A stretch of 64,000 nt of DNA, taken from assembly GCA_963664395.2 (NCBI GenBank), contig OY761159.2, positions 2,560,001 through 2,624,000 on the forward strand, written 5' to 3'. The notes beneath the pieces were generated by a model that had not been told where the DNA came from, searched no databases, and was given only the letters and a program-made list of their open reading frames with translations. Positions 20,549 through 30,319 of the stretch are shown piece by piece. This stretch comes from Candidatus Binatia bacterium (lineage in GTDB: Bacteria; Desulfobacterota; Binatia; Bin18). The number at the start of each line of letters is the position of its first letter. Within the stretch, counting starts at the first letter, position 1. The translations under genes were made by a program, and so were the position numbers.

Positions 20549-21997
20549 CTATCCCTCTTTAATCCCCGCCAATTCACGGGCATATTCCGCGGCGGCCGCA
20601 AAATCGTACTCACGATAGGTCTGGAGCTTTTCGGCTTCGAGGGAGCCCTCGGCGTGCACGGCGAGCACTTCCTGATAGCCGCCAAAGTCGCCCGCCGTCA
20701 GGTCTGAAATCAGATTCATCAGCCGCAACCGGTGCTCGGTTGAGGTGCCTTTCTTGCCGCCCAGATATTTCCGGACGTAGGGTCCGGTTGCCTCACTCTG
20801 CCAGTCCTCAAGGCTTGGCCCGGTCACCAGCAGGCCGCCGCTCACATCCTGTACCATCTGCACAGCCTGGTGGTAATTTGAGGCAAATTGATATTTGGCC
20901 ACGTTTGTCATCAGTGTATTGGGAATCGCAATGCCCGGCGGGACAACGCTGTGTTGCTGGGCCGCGGCCAGAATCAACCCTTGGACGGTGGCATGATAAC
21001 TGGCCAGCTTGGTCAGTTTCTCGCGAATATGGCCGGCTCGCTCAATCCCGTTGTATTCCGCAATCGCCTGTGACGCCCCGGCCATGAGCTCCAAGAGTGG
21101 CAGTTTGTAGGAAACGGCAGTGAAACGGTGAAACTTCACAAAGGTCAGGGCCATCAAACCCGCCGCAGCTATCTCGCCGGCCAGGAACACCCGCTCCCAG
21201 GGGACAAACACGTCGTCGAAAACGGTCAGCGTCTCCATCATCTTATGTTTGGCGCTGATCGGATACTCAAAGTCATTTCTTGGGAAACCGCCGTAGGAAC
21301 TGGCCAGAAGTTTCAGCCCTTTTGTGGCCGCCGGGATAGCGAAGGCCACGGCGTAGTCTTCATCGCCCTCGCGCATTGCGCGGGTCGGCAGGACAATGAT
21401 TTCGTCCGTATTGGTGGATACTGAGGTGTGAATTTTGGCTCCGCGGACGACGATGCCGTCGTCACGCCGGTCAACAATGCGCACATAATAATCCGGATGT
21501 TCCTGGCCCTGAGGACCCAGGCTGCGGTCGCCTTTGACATCGCTCTGGGCCACGGCAACCGCGTAATCATTATCCCGACACATTTCATAATATTTTCGGA
21601 CCCGCTCGCGGTATTGTCCCGCACCATGCTTGGCCATTTCTTCGGCGACAATATGCAGCGCCAGGAGTGCGTCTGTCCCGATTTCTTTGATCAAAACGAC
21701 CAGCGTCGCCCCCTCACGGGTACTGGCTTCAATGAGACGGCTGCGCTTGAGCAGGTCTTCGGCATTCTGAGGCAGGTGATAATAACGAGAATACTCTTGT
21801 CCGGTCTGCGGGTCGGTGACAACGGCCAGGTCGCGGTAACGTGGGTCTTCGGCCATCCGGTAGTCGATGCAGGCGTGTTCGACGGCTTTCCCGATAACCG
21901 GGTGGGTTGTGACATCTTCCACCCTTTCGCCGCGATAATAGACTTCTCGTCCGTCTTTCAGACTCTCTTTATATTGCTCTGGTGTGCGCAGACTCAT
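20549..21997 (-). CDS. 4-hydroxyphenylacetate 3-hydroxylase / 4-hydroxybutyryl-CoA dehydratase family flavoprotein
   Basis: Y.ESL.DGR.VY..GE.V.DVTTHP, SDVKGDRS, GIVVRGAK.H, FDDVFVPWERVF. Confidence 0.88.
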   Translation of the reverse strand: MSLRTPEQYKESLKDGREVYYRGERVEDVTTHPVIGKAVEHACIDYRMAEDPRYRDLAVVTDPQTGQEYSRYYHLPQNAEDLLKRSRLIEASTREGATLVVLIKEIGTDALLALHIVAEEMAKHGAGQYRERVRKYYEMCRDNDYAVAVAQSDVKGDRSLGPQGQEHPDYYVRIVDRRDDGIVVRGAKIHTSVSTNTDEIIVLPTRAMREGDEDYAVAFAIPAATKGLKLLASSYGGFPRNDFEYPISAKHKMMETLTVFDDVFVPWERVFLAGEIAAAGLMALTFVKFHRFTAVSYKLPLLELMAGASQAIAEYNGIERAGHIREKLTKLASYHATVQGLILAAAQQHSVVPPGIAIPNTLMTNVAKYQFASNYHQAVQMVQDVSGGLLVTGPSLEDWQSEATGPYVRKYLGGKKGTSTEHRLRLMNLISDLTAGDFGGYQEVLAVHAEGSLEAEKLQTYREYDFAAAAEYARELAGIKEG

Positions 21998-22068
21998 GGT
22001 ATACTCCTCGTTTGGAAAAGTGCGCTGAGTATAACCGCGACCGCGCTGGTGTGTCCATCGCCCCCGCG

Positions 22069-22473
22069 TTACTCGGGTCCGAGCATCAGTCGCAGCAGGG
22101 TTGTGGGCGCTATATACCCCTCCGAGGCTTCCGGACCCGTAATCGTTCCAATAGCAGAGAGCTTGTGATGCAGTGCGGTGAGCTTTGCCGAGGGAAGAGA
22201 AAGAACGAGTATATCTTTTTCATCTTTGACCAGAATTGCGCCCTCAAATTGTTGAATGGCCGTTCGGACCAGTCCAGCCAGTTCAGCCAGTTCAGTCTGG
22301 TCCGCAGCGTTCTCGCCGGTCAATTGCCACGAGACCGGCTGGATAATACTTCCGCTTCCTTCCGGAATAACCCCGACTCCATCCTGGGCTGGCGAAAAAC
22401 CAGACGTCAGTCCGACCAGGGTGAGACTGAGAGCAAGCCCGAGCAGATGTTTTTCGTGAGTCCGTAGTGTCAT
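22069..22473 (-). CDS. Hypothetical secreted protein
   Basis: GGAGG RBS, signal peptide MTLRTHEKHLLGLALSLTLVGL. Confidence 0.6.
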   Translation of the reverse strand: MTLRTHEKHLLGLALSLTLVGLTSGFSPAQDGVGVIPEGSGSIIQPVSWQLTGENAADQTELAELAGLVRTAIQQFEGAILVKDEKDILVLSLPSAKLTALHHKLSAIGTITGPEASEGYIAPTTLLRLMLGPE

Positions 22474-22626
22474 GTCATGCGCCTCCCATGTGTATTGTAC
22501 TATATTGTGACGGGTCACGGACCACGATGAAAGGGTCGTAGCATCCATTCTGTGGGTTTCTCTCCGGTATTTGCGTTGAGACGCAACACCACGTAAAGTT
22601 GCCAACATATTTGGTTCGTATCCAGC

Positions 22627-23112
22627 ATGGCAGAGCATCAACAGAAAGACGCGGTCAACGCTCTTGGGGAGAAACTCCTGCGTCTCCTGGCCGGCATATC
22701 AACCGAAGAACTCACCAACCCCGAGAAAGCCGCCCGAATGATAGAGCGGACGGTGCGGATGATGGTGGCCTATATTATCGTGGCCGGCCTCAGCCTGTTC
22801 TTTCTGTCAATTCCAAGTTTTATTGCTCTTGACGGCGGCCTGCATACGGAAAACTTCACTGCCTTTTTCTGGATCGGCAGCCCGTTTTTCGACTGTCTCA
22901 TCCTCCTCGCGCTCAGCCTCTTTCTGGCGCAAGCCAGAAACCTCTCGGTTGCCCTCGGCCTGGTAGGCGTATCCGGTTTTGAGGCATATTTGTATATGCA
23001 GTACGCCACACTGTCTGATTTTGTCATGCTCATCATGTGTCTGATGGTCCTCATTCATGCGCTCCAGATTCTTGGCCTGTTCGTGTTTGGACGCTTGCCT
23101 AATCTAGTCTGA
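22627..23112 (+). CDS. Hypothetical membrane protein (about 4 TM)
   Basis: Four hydrophobic segments; 20 nt upstream of the symporter. Confidence 0.7.
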   Translation: MAEHQQKDAVNALGEKLLRLLAGISTEELTNPEKAARMIERTVRMMVAYIIVAGLSLFFLSIPSFIALDGGLHTENFTAFFWIGSPFFDCLILLALSLFLAQARNLSVALGLVGVSGFEAYLYMQYATLSDFVMLIMCLMVLIHALQILGLFVFGRLPNLV

Positions 23113-23132
23113 TTTTGCGGAATGACCGAGCC

Positions 23133-25088
23133 ATGACGATCTTTATTGCCTCCGTGCTCGCCCTCATCATCATCCTCTGGTCGCTGGGCTGGTATGCCAA
23201 ACGCTGGGTGCGCACCGACAGTGACTTTTTGCTGGCTGGTCGGCAGGTCAGTCTCATTCCGGGGATTGCCAGCATTTGTGGCATTGCGTTTGCCGGCAGC
23301 ATGACCAGTATCATCCCCGGCCTGACCATCCAGTACGGTTTTCTTGGCTGGATCTTAGGCGGCAGCCTGCCCTTGGTGATTGGCTATATTGCGTATGGCG
23401 TCTTTGCCGGTCCGTATATTCGGCGCTGTGGCGCGTACACCATCCCCGAATGGCTGGAGATGCGCTTTGACACGCGCACGCGGGTGGTGGTCAGCATTGC
23501 CACCCTGCTTGGGGTGACTGGCATCGTCGCCATGAATGTCGTGGCCATGGCGCTTATCATGCAGAGTTTCCTCGGCGCTCCTGTGTGGCTCATGATTACC
23601 ATTGTCCTGGGCGGACACCTGACGTTTATTTTTCTGGGTGGCATGTGGGCGTTGACGCTCACCGACGTCGTTCAGGTCCTGCTGGGTTTTCTCTGCCTCC
23701 CGGCCCTGGCCGTATACTGTCTTGTCAGCTACGGCGGCTGGGAGCTGATTGAGACGAGTTTTGTGACGGCGACGCCCCTCACATCCGGTGTCCTGGGTTC
23801 TTTTCCGTGGTTTCAGTTGAGCTATCCGAGTGTGCTGACGGTTTCACTCGTAATCGGCTTTTTTATTCAGTGGGGCGGCAACTACTACTGGCTCCGAGCC
23901 GCGGCCGCGCGAACCGAACCTATTGCCCGCTGGCAATTTATTATTGGCGGCCTGCTCGTCCTCGTGATCCACGGCTCTATAGGCGTGCTCGGCCTGTATG
24001 CCGGCAGTGTACACCGCGCTGCTTTTCTGGACCCCGTGAATCCGGCCAACCCCATGGGCGCGTATGGCCTGCTCATGCGAGACTTTCCCCCGGCTATGGC
24101 ACTATTGGGTCTCGTGGCGGCCCTGGCCGCTACCATCTCAACGACGAGTAATGCGCATATGGGTATCACCTCCTCGCTCTCGCGTGACATCTACCAGCGC
24201 TTTATCCGGCCAGACGCCTCCCCGGAAGTGGTATTACGGATGAGCCGCATTCTCACCCTGCTGACCGGTTTTGCCATTTTGCTGCTGAGTTTTTATCCTG
24301 GCGGGCCGTATTATCTGCTGGCGGTGAGTTGTGCCATGCTCGGTCCCGCAGCCTGCGTCTTTCTGCTTGGACACCGCTGGGCCTATATCACCTCGACAGG
24401 TGCGTTTTGGGGCACATTAATTGGGGCGGTATCGATGCTCGTGTACGAAATCCTCAAATTTATGGACGTCCCACTGGGCTCAATGCATACGGTTGTGGTG
24501 GGCTCAATCATCACCTTCCCGACGGTGCTCGGCCTGTCCTGCCTCACGCAGCCACAGCCGGAAGGTACACTTCCGGACCAGCCGGAAACACTGCGCCTCG
24601 TTCCAGAGCAGGAACGTCTGTTGGTCTTGATTCGAACTGGCTATACGACCATGGTTGAACTGAGTGATTTCACCATGCTCAATTCCGCCGAGTGCCACCG
24701 CCTCATCCGTGAACTCGAACGGGCCGGACTCGTCCAGCGCTGGGGCGCAAGCGGGCTCGACTATTTCACTTTTGCCCTCACGCCGCAGGGCGATCGTACT
24801 CTCGCAGACCTGCCCAATGCGCCTACGGACTTTGTCGGCTTTGCGGGTCTGGATGCGGACAGTCGCTCAATTTTGGAGCAGCTTGAGGGGGGAGAGAAAA
24901 GTCTGCACGATCTCAGTACGGCAACCGGGGTGGCGGCCTCACCCCTGAGCGTCATCGTCAATCGCCTCGACCAACTCGGCTATGTTAGCGGGCATGGCAT
25001 ATGGGAGCGGGCTATGAGGCTGTCAGAAAAAGGTCGCGGGCTGCTTGAAGAGCGAAGGGTTCAGGCGACCAAGGACACCTCAATCTGA
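23133..25088 (+). CDS. Sodium:solute symporter (SSS/SLC5) fused to two C-terminal winged-helix domains
   Basis: DFLLAGR, YTIPEWLEMRF, GGMWALTLTDVVQ, AATIST, RDIYQRF; C-terminal ~160 aa soluble with two MarR/TrmB-like wHTH patterns. Confidence 0.88.
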   Translation: MTIFIASVLALIIILWSLGWYAKRWVRTDSDFLLAGRQVSLIPGIASICGIAFAGSMTSIIPGLTIQYGFLGWILGGSLPLVIGYIAYGVFAGPYIRRCGAYTIPEWLEMRFDTRTRVVVSIATLLGVTGIVAMNVVAMALIMQSFLGAPVWLMITIVLGGHLTFIFLGGMWALTLTDVVQVLLGFLCLPALAVYCLVSYGGWELIETSFVTATPLTSGVLGSFPWFQLSYPSVLTVSLVIGFFIQWGGNYYWLRAAAARTEPIARWQFIIGGLLVLVIHGSIGVLGLYAGSVHRAAFLDPVNPANPMGAYGLLMRDFPPAMALLGLVAALAATISTTSNAHMGITSSLSRDIYQRFIRPDASPEVVLRMSRILTLLTGFAILLLSFYPGGPYYLLAVSCAMLGPAACVFLLGHRWAYITSTGAFWGTLIGAVSMLVYEILKFMDVPLGSMHTVVVGSIITFPTVLGLSCLTQPQPEGTLPDQPETLRLVPEQERLLVLIRTGYTTMVELSDFTMLNSAECHRLIRELERAGLVQRWGASGLDYFTFALTPQGDRTLADLPNAPTDFVGFAGLDADSRSILEQLEGGEKSLHDLSTATGVAASPLSVIVNRLDQLGYVSGHGIWERAMRLSEKGRGLLEERRVQATKDTSI

Positions 25089-25117
25089 CCGAGCGGCATA
25101 ATGAGGAGGAAACAGCC

Positions 25118-26230
25118 ATGTCTCGAAGCAGCGTCGATACTCTCCTGCCCACGACCATGGTAGGCTCGTATCCCCGCCCACACTGGTTTACCTACCAGTT
25201 GCACGGGCGAGATATTTGGGATGCGTTTAAGAACGTCAACCACGCCGAGGCGTTTGAAGATGCGGTCCGCACCGTGCTGCAAGACCAGGAGCAAGCCGGA
25301 CTGGACATTCTAACGGACGGTCAGATGTGGTTCGACGACTATGGCGGCTGTATTGGGTCCTTTGTGTGGTACTGGTATGAGCGTATTCATGGCTTTGTGC
25401 CTATTAAACACAGTCACCCGTTTGTTGAAGGAGGGCAGGCTTCACACAATGATGCTGCCTGGCTCACAGACTGGGGCGCGACCGCCGTGACTGCTGCGGT
25501 CGAACGCGGGCCGCTGCGCTTAGCCGACCTGTACCATATTGCCCAACGCAATACCAAGAAGCCGGTGCGGTGCAGCGTGGGCGCGGGACCGATCAACCTG
25601 ACCTACCACGTCCATCTCGAATACTACAAAACCCAGAAAGACCTGGCCTACGCTCTGGCTCCTATCTTTAACGCCGAGATGAAGGAAATGGTGGCGAGTG
25701 GGGCCTCATTCCTTCAGTTGGAAGACCTCGGGGCGTGGCTGCCGTTATTAAGCGGCAACCTGGACGATTTCGGTTGGGTTGTTGATGTGATCAACCAAGC
25801 CGTTGAGGGCGTTGAGGCGAAGCTCGCCTGGCATTTCTGCTTTGGCGCAGCTTGGGGTAATGCCTCACAAGGCTTGTTTCCGTCAGGGACAGGCTATGGT
25901 TCCATCCTGCCCCATCTGTACGACACCAGGATTGAACAGTATGTGCTCGATTTTGCCGTCCGAGAAATGGAAGACGCGCATATTCTGAAAGACCTTCCTT
26001 CAGATAAGGAAGTCGCCGTCGGGGTGATTGATGTGCGCAATCTACAAATCGAAACACCAGAGCAGGTTGCGGAACGTATTCGCACAGTGCTCAAGTTCAT
26101 CGAGCCGGAGCGTGTGACTCTCACGACCGACTGCGGCCTGCGTGCTCTGCCCCGGTTCTGCGCCTACAATAAACTGCGCGCCATGGTCGAAGGAGCGCAG
26201 ATTGTGCGCGCTGAAATCGCCGGGGGCTAA
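25118..26230 (+). CDS. Cobalamin-independent methionine synthase II-like (MetE catalytic-domain-only) protein
   Basis: TTMVGSYPRP, QEQAGLDILTDG, WHFCFG (Zn His/Cys), GVIDV, TDCGL. Confidence 0.9.
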   Translation: MSRSSVDTLLPTTMVGSYPRPHWFTYQLHGRDIWDAFKNVNHAEAFEDAVRTVLQDQEQAGLDILTDGQMWFDDYGGCIGSFVWYWYERIHGFVPIKHSHPFVEGGQASHNDAAWLTDWGATAVTAAVERGPLRLADLYHIAQRNTKKPVRCSVGAGPINLTYHVHLEYYKTQKDLAYALAPIFNAEMKEMVASGASFLQLEDLGAWLPLLSGNLDDFGWVVDVINQAVEGVEAKLAWHFCFGAAWGNASQGLFPSGTGYGSILPHLYDTRIEQYVLDFAVREMEDAHILKDLPSDKEVAVGVIDVRNLQIETPEQVAERIRTVLKFIEPERVTLTTDCGLRALPRFCAYNKLRAMVEGAQIVRAEIAGG

Positions 26231-26242
26231 AGGAGACAAGAT

Positions 26243-27166
26243 ATGGCTACAGGCTCTATTCCGTGTGGTATTGCAGTTCCTCAAGTGTTTCTTGATACGC
26301 CGGTTGATATGCCGTTCATCCGGGATTTTGTTCTGCGTGCAGAAGCGCTCGATTATGAAAGCTTGTGGGTGCAGGAGACCATTGTCAGCGACTTTGCCAT
26401 TCTCGAACCGGTGGCCCTGCTCAACTATATCGCCGCCATTACCTCAAAAGCGCGCCTTGGCACCTCCGTCCTGCTGACGGTGCTGCGCAATCCGGTGCAA
26501 CTGGCCAAGAGTCTATCGAGCCTGGATCAGATGAGCCAGGGCCGACTCATCTTTGGTCTGGGCATTGGCGGACACGTTCCGGAGGCCCTCTTCGGCTACT
26601 CCAGCGAACTCCGCGCCCGGCGTTTTGTGGAGGGCATTACAACAATAAAGGCGCTGTGGACAGAACCCAAAGCTACGGTCAGTGGGACGTTCTGGAACTT
26701 CGAGAATGTGGCTATGGAACCCAAGCCGCTTCAAAAACCCCACCCGCCTATCTGGTTTGGCGCACGCGAGGAGAAACCGCTCCGGCGGGCCGTCCGGCAC
26801 GGCGATGGCTGGATGGGCGCGGGGTCGTCCTCAACCGCAGATTTCATGAAACAGTCGGGCTTGATTCGTCAGTTTCTCGACGAAGCCGACCGTAACCCGG
26901 CAACGTTTACGCTCTCCAAACGAGTCTATCTCGCTGTGGACAATGATCGAGACCGGGCGGAACGTCGGCTGCGGGAGTGGTTTGGCGTCCGGTATAAAAG
27001 TGCGGATATGGCCTCAAAGGTTGCCGTCTGGGGCAGTCTGGACGAATGCCGCAATAAGATCGGCGAGATCGTCCAAGCCGGGGCCGAACACCTCTTACTC
27101 AACCCGGCCTTTGATGACATGGAACATCTGGAGATATGTGCAAAAGAGATTATCCCCGCGCTTTAG
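26243..27166 (+). CDS. LLM-class flavin-dependent oxidoreductase
   Basis: RLGTSVL..RNPV.LAK..SLD.MSQGR, PKPLQKPHPPIWFG, GDGW. Confidence 0.92.
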   Translation: MATGSIPCGIAVPQVFLDTPVDMPFIRDFVLRAEALDYESLWVQETIVSDFAILEPVALLNYIAAITSKARLGTSVLLTVLRNPVQLAKSLSSLDQMSQGRLIFGLGIGGHVPEALFGYSSELRARRFVEGITTIKALWTEPKATVSGTFWNFENVAMEPKPLQKPHPPIWFGAREEKPLRRAVRHGDGWMGAGSSSTADFMKQSGLIRQFLDEADRNPATFTLSKRVYLAVDNDRDRAERRLREWFGVRYKSADMASKVAVWGSLDECRNKIGEIVQAGAEHLLLNPAFDDMEHLEICAKEIIPAL

Positions 27167-27190
27167 GGATCAGAAGGAGACACAGTTCGC

Positions 27191-28417
27191 ATGATTACCA
27201 TGAATGAACACTATCTGAAGCTCCAGGCCTCGTATCTGTTTTCCGATATTGCCAAGCGGGTCAATGCGTATCAGGCCGACCATCCGAATCAAGCTATTAT
27301 TCGGTTGGGGATTGGCGATGTGACGCGGGCGCTGCCCGAGGCGTGCATCAGCGCCTTTCATCGCGCCGTGGATGAGATGGCGGACGACGCCACCTTTCGG
27401 GGCTACGGCCCGGAACTGGGCTATGATTTCTTACAAGAAGCCATCGTGGCCGGAGATTTTCAGCCGCGCGGGGTGACGCTCAGACCTGACGAAGTGTTTG
27501 TGAGTGACGGCGCGAAGTGCGACTCCGGCAATTTTCAGGAGCTTTTTGCCCCGGACACGCGCGTGGCGGTGCCCGACCCCGTCTACCCGGTGTACGTCGA
27601 TACCAACGTGATGGCAGGGCGGACCGCAGCCTGGCGGGACGGACGCTACGAGGGGCTGGTCTATCTGGAATCGACGTCTGCCAACCGGTATATCCCGGCT
27701 CTCCCGCAGGAAAAGGTTGATCTCATATATCTGTGTTTCCCCAATAACCCGACGGGCAGCATGATTACCACCGAGCAGTTGCGCCCCTGGGTGGACTATG
27801 CGCGGGAGAACAAGGCCCTCATTCTGTATGACGCGGCCTATGTCGAGTTTATCCGTGACGACAGCCTGCCGCAGAGTATTTACGAGATCGACGGCGCAAA
27901 AGAGGTTGCCGTAGAATTTCGGAGCCTGTCGAAGACGGCCGGCTTTACCGGCACGCGCTGTGCCTACACCATCGTGCCAAAAGAGTGTCAGGTGTATGAC
28001 TCTCAGGGCAACGCCCATGCGCTCCACTCGCTCTGGGACCGGCGCCAGTCCACAAAATTCAACAGTGTCTCCTATCCGGTTCAGCGTGCGGCTGAAGCCG
28101 CGTTCTCGCCTGATGGAAAAAAACAGATCCGAGACTTGAGTAATTACTATCTCGATAATGCCGCCCTGATCCGCGAGGCGATGACCACCTTGGGGTATCC
28201 CTGTGTTGGCGGAGAGCATTCACCCTATGTGTGGATTAAAACCAATGCTGACTCCTGGGAATTTTTTGACCGCTTACTGCAAAAAGCCGGGGTCGTCTGC
28301 ACGCCGGGAGCGGGGTTTGGTAAATGTGGAGAGGGCTATGTGCGCCTGAGCGCGTTTAACAGCCGCGAGAATGTCGAGACCGCCCTGGACCGTGTTTCAG
28401 ACGCGCTGACCGTCTGA
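27191..28417 (+). CDS. dapL: LL-diaminopimelate aminotransferase
   Basis: YLFSDIAKRV, LGIGDVT, GYGPE.GY, SDGAKCD, CFPNNPTG, SKTAGFTG. Confidence 0.96.
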   Translation: MITMNEHYLKLQASYLFSDIAKRVNAYQADHPNQAIIRLGIGDVTRALPEACISAFHRAVDEMADDATFRGYGPELGYDFLQEAIVAGDFQPRGVTLRPDEVFVSDGAKCDSGNFQELFAPDTRVAVPDPVYPVYVDTNVMAGRTAAWRDGRYEGLVYLESTSANRYIPALPQEKVDLIYLCFPNNPTGSMITTEQLRPWVDYARENKALILYDAAYVEFIRDDSLPQSIYEIDGAKEVAVEFRSLSKTAGFTGTRCAYTIVPKECQVYDSQGNAHALHSLWDRRQSTKFNSVSYPVQRAAEAAFSPDGKKQIRDLSNYYLDNAALIREAMTTLGYPCVGGEHSPYVWIKTNADSWEFFDRLLQKAGVVCTPGAGFGKCGEGYVRLSAFNSRENVETALDRVSDALTV

Positions 28418-28439
28418 GTAGGGGCGGTCGCCCCTTCGG

Positions 28440-29285
28440 CTATGCCACGCCGTTCTGCTTGAACCAGGCGAGCAGCCGTTGCCAGCCATCCTGCGCCGCT
28501 TCCTTGCGGTAGCTCGCCCGATAGTCGGCGTGAAAACCGTGGGGCGTATCGGGATAGAGAATAATCTCTGAAGAGCTTTCCACTGCCTGTAATGCTGTGC
28601 GCATCTGTTCAACCGTCTCGGTTGGAATACCGGTATCGGCGCCGCCATACAAACCGAGCACAGGGGCGTGGAGCTGCGCGGCAATATCAACCGGATGGGT
28701 TGGGGTGAGCTCGGATGCCTGTCCGACCAGACGCCCATACCAGGCCGCCCCGGCTTTGACCTGCGGACTGTGGGCGGTGTACATCCACACGATGCGTCCA
28801 CCCCAACAAAAGCCGGTGATGCCTAGCCTTGTCACATCGCCTTTGCCGGATGACTTGACCCACGCCACCGTTGCATCAAGATCGGACATGACCTGAGCAT
28901 CGGGCACCTTGGCAACCACGGTCCGAATAATCTGACCGATATCAGTCATCTGCGACACATCGCCCTGCCTGGCGTAGAGTTCCGGCGCAACCGCGACATA
29001 GCCCTGCTTGGCGAAGCGGCGGCAGATGTCTTTGATATGCTCATGCACACCGAAGATTTCCTGGACGACCAGCACGACCGGGAAGGGGCCGTCTGTTTGA
29101 GGGCACGCCTGATAGGCGGGAATAGTGATATCGCCAACCGGTATCCGGACTTCCTGCGTTTCCAGGCCGCTGGTATCCGTTGTTTTTGTTTGGGCCGAAA
29201 CCGGACGAACGGCCAGGGCAAATCCCGTGGCCAAGGTGGAAGCCACAAATTCGCGTCGGGTCAGTGTTGTGCTTATATTTTTCAT
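28440..29285 (-). CDS. Dienelactone hydrolase family protein with twin-arginine signal
   Basis: [31 protein letters not shown]. Confidence 0.92.
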   Translation of the reverse strand: MKNISTTLTRREFVASTLATGFALAVRPVSAQTKTTDTSGLETQEVRIPVGDITIPAYQACPQTDGPFPVVLVVQEIFGVHEHIKDICRRFAKQGYVAVAPELYARQGDVSQMTDIGQIIRTVVAKVPDAQVMSDLDATVAWVKSSGKGDVTRLGITGFCWGGRIVWMYTAHSPQVKAGAAWYGRLVGQASELTPTHPVDIAAQLHAPVLGLYGGADTGIPTETVEQMRTALQAVESSSEIILYPDTPHGFHADYRASYRKEAAQDGWQRLLAWFKQNGVA

Positions 29286-29408
29286 ATCTTCTCACCCCAA
29301 TCGGGCCTTATCTGGTGCGGCCTAGCCTAGCCCTTGTGCCCCTGACTCGCAAGGATGAGCGCACGGGAAGAGAAGAGTTTATATCGCCGCTCGTCTGTGT
29401 TGAGTCTT

Positions 29409-29482
29409 GTAGGTCGGCTTAGCCAAAGGCGTAAGCCGACACGGCCACACTTGTCGGATTACGCTACGCTAAGCCGACCTAC
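29409..29482. repeat. GTAG-type REP doublet (REPIN-like)
   Basis: GTAGGTCGGCTTAGC (29409) and GCTAAGCCGACCTAC (29468-29482) are inverted; each half is itself palindromic. Confidence 0.8.
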
Positions 29483-29533
29483 TCGCCGCGCGGTTCCTGA
29501 GCGGATATTATGACGCCGACCGTTAAGGAGCAC

Positions 29534-29875
29534 ATGAAAACGAGCAAGACGAAATTGCACCCTGTTCACCCCGGAGAAGTGTTGCAGGAAGAGTTTCTGA
29601 AGCCGATGGGTCTGAGTCAGAACCGGTTAGCTTTAGACATTGGCGTTCCCGCCCGACGCATTAACGAAATCGTCCTCGGAAAACGTGGGGTAACTGCTGA
29701 TACTGCTCTTCGACTCGCCCGGTGTTTTGGAATATCCGTACAGTTTTGGCTCGGACTCCAGCTTGATTATGAACTGGATATGGCAACCGATAAACTATCC
29801 GAACGACTTGAGCGGGAAGTGAGAGTACACGAGAGTGTCCACGAGAGTGTCCACCAAGAGGACCGTACGGCGTAA
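29534..29875 (+). CDS. higA: HigA-family addiction-module antitoxin (no toxin adjacent)
   Basis: HPGEVLQEEFLKPMGLSQ, RINEIV.GKR.VTADTALRL, FWLGLQ; C-terminal 12-bp duplication (HESV-HESV). Confidence 0.9.
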   Translation: MKTSKTKLHPVHPGEVLQEEFLKPMGLSQNRLALDIGVPARRINEIVLGKRGVTADTALRLARCFGISVQFWLGLQLDYELDMATDKLSERLEREVRVHESVHESVHQEDRTA

Positions 29876-29944
29876 TTGTCCCGCTTTCTCTTTGAGGTGT
29901 CGATCTTTTATGTAGAGGGGACCAATAGGATTGGAGTCGAAGTC

Positions 29945-30274
29945 ATGAAGATAGTATGGACGGGCCTGCTCGGCCTGACTCTTGCGGCAACCGCCTTTGC
30001 CAACGAAGGCCATCAACTTTTACTCAGCCAGAGTAAAGCCGAGCGTGCCACAACGCTGGCGGGTATTCTCCAGGCGAGCGGAAAAACCTGCGCAACGGTT
30101 TCGCGTTCGTTTCTGCAAGGTACGGATGAACATCAGGCCGCCTATTGGAATGCCGAGTGCTCCGGGGGCGAAACCTATGTCATTCAGATTCCGGTCAGCA
30201 GTCAGACCCGCGTCCTTGAGTGTAAGATTATGGCCATGATCGGGGTGGAGTGCTTCACCCGATTCGAGAATTGA
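29945..30274 (+). CDS. Small secreted Cys-containing hypothetical protein
   Basis: Signal peptide MKIVWTGLLGLTLAATAFA; four Cys. Confidence 0.7.
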   Translation: MKIVWTGLLGLTLAATAFANEGHQLLLSQSKAERATTLAGILQASGKTCATVSRSFLQGTDEHQAAYWNAECSGGETYVIQIPVSSQTRVLECKIMAMIGVECFTRFEN

Positions 30275-30319
30275 ACGCATCGATTTTCAGAGACAGGCTG
30301 AACCCGAGGAGCGTCTCCA

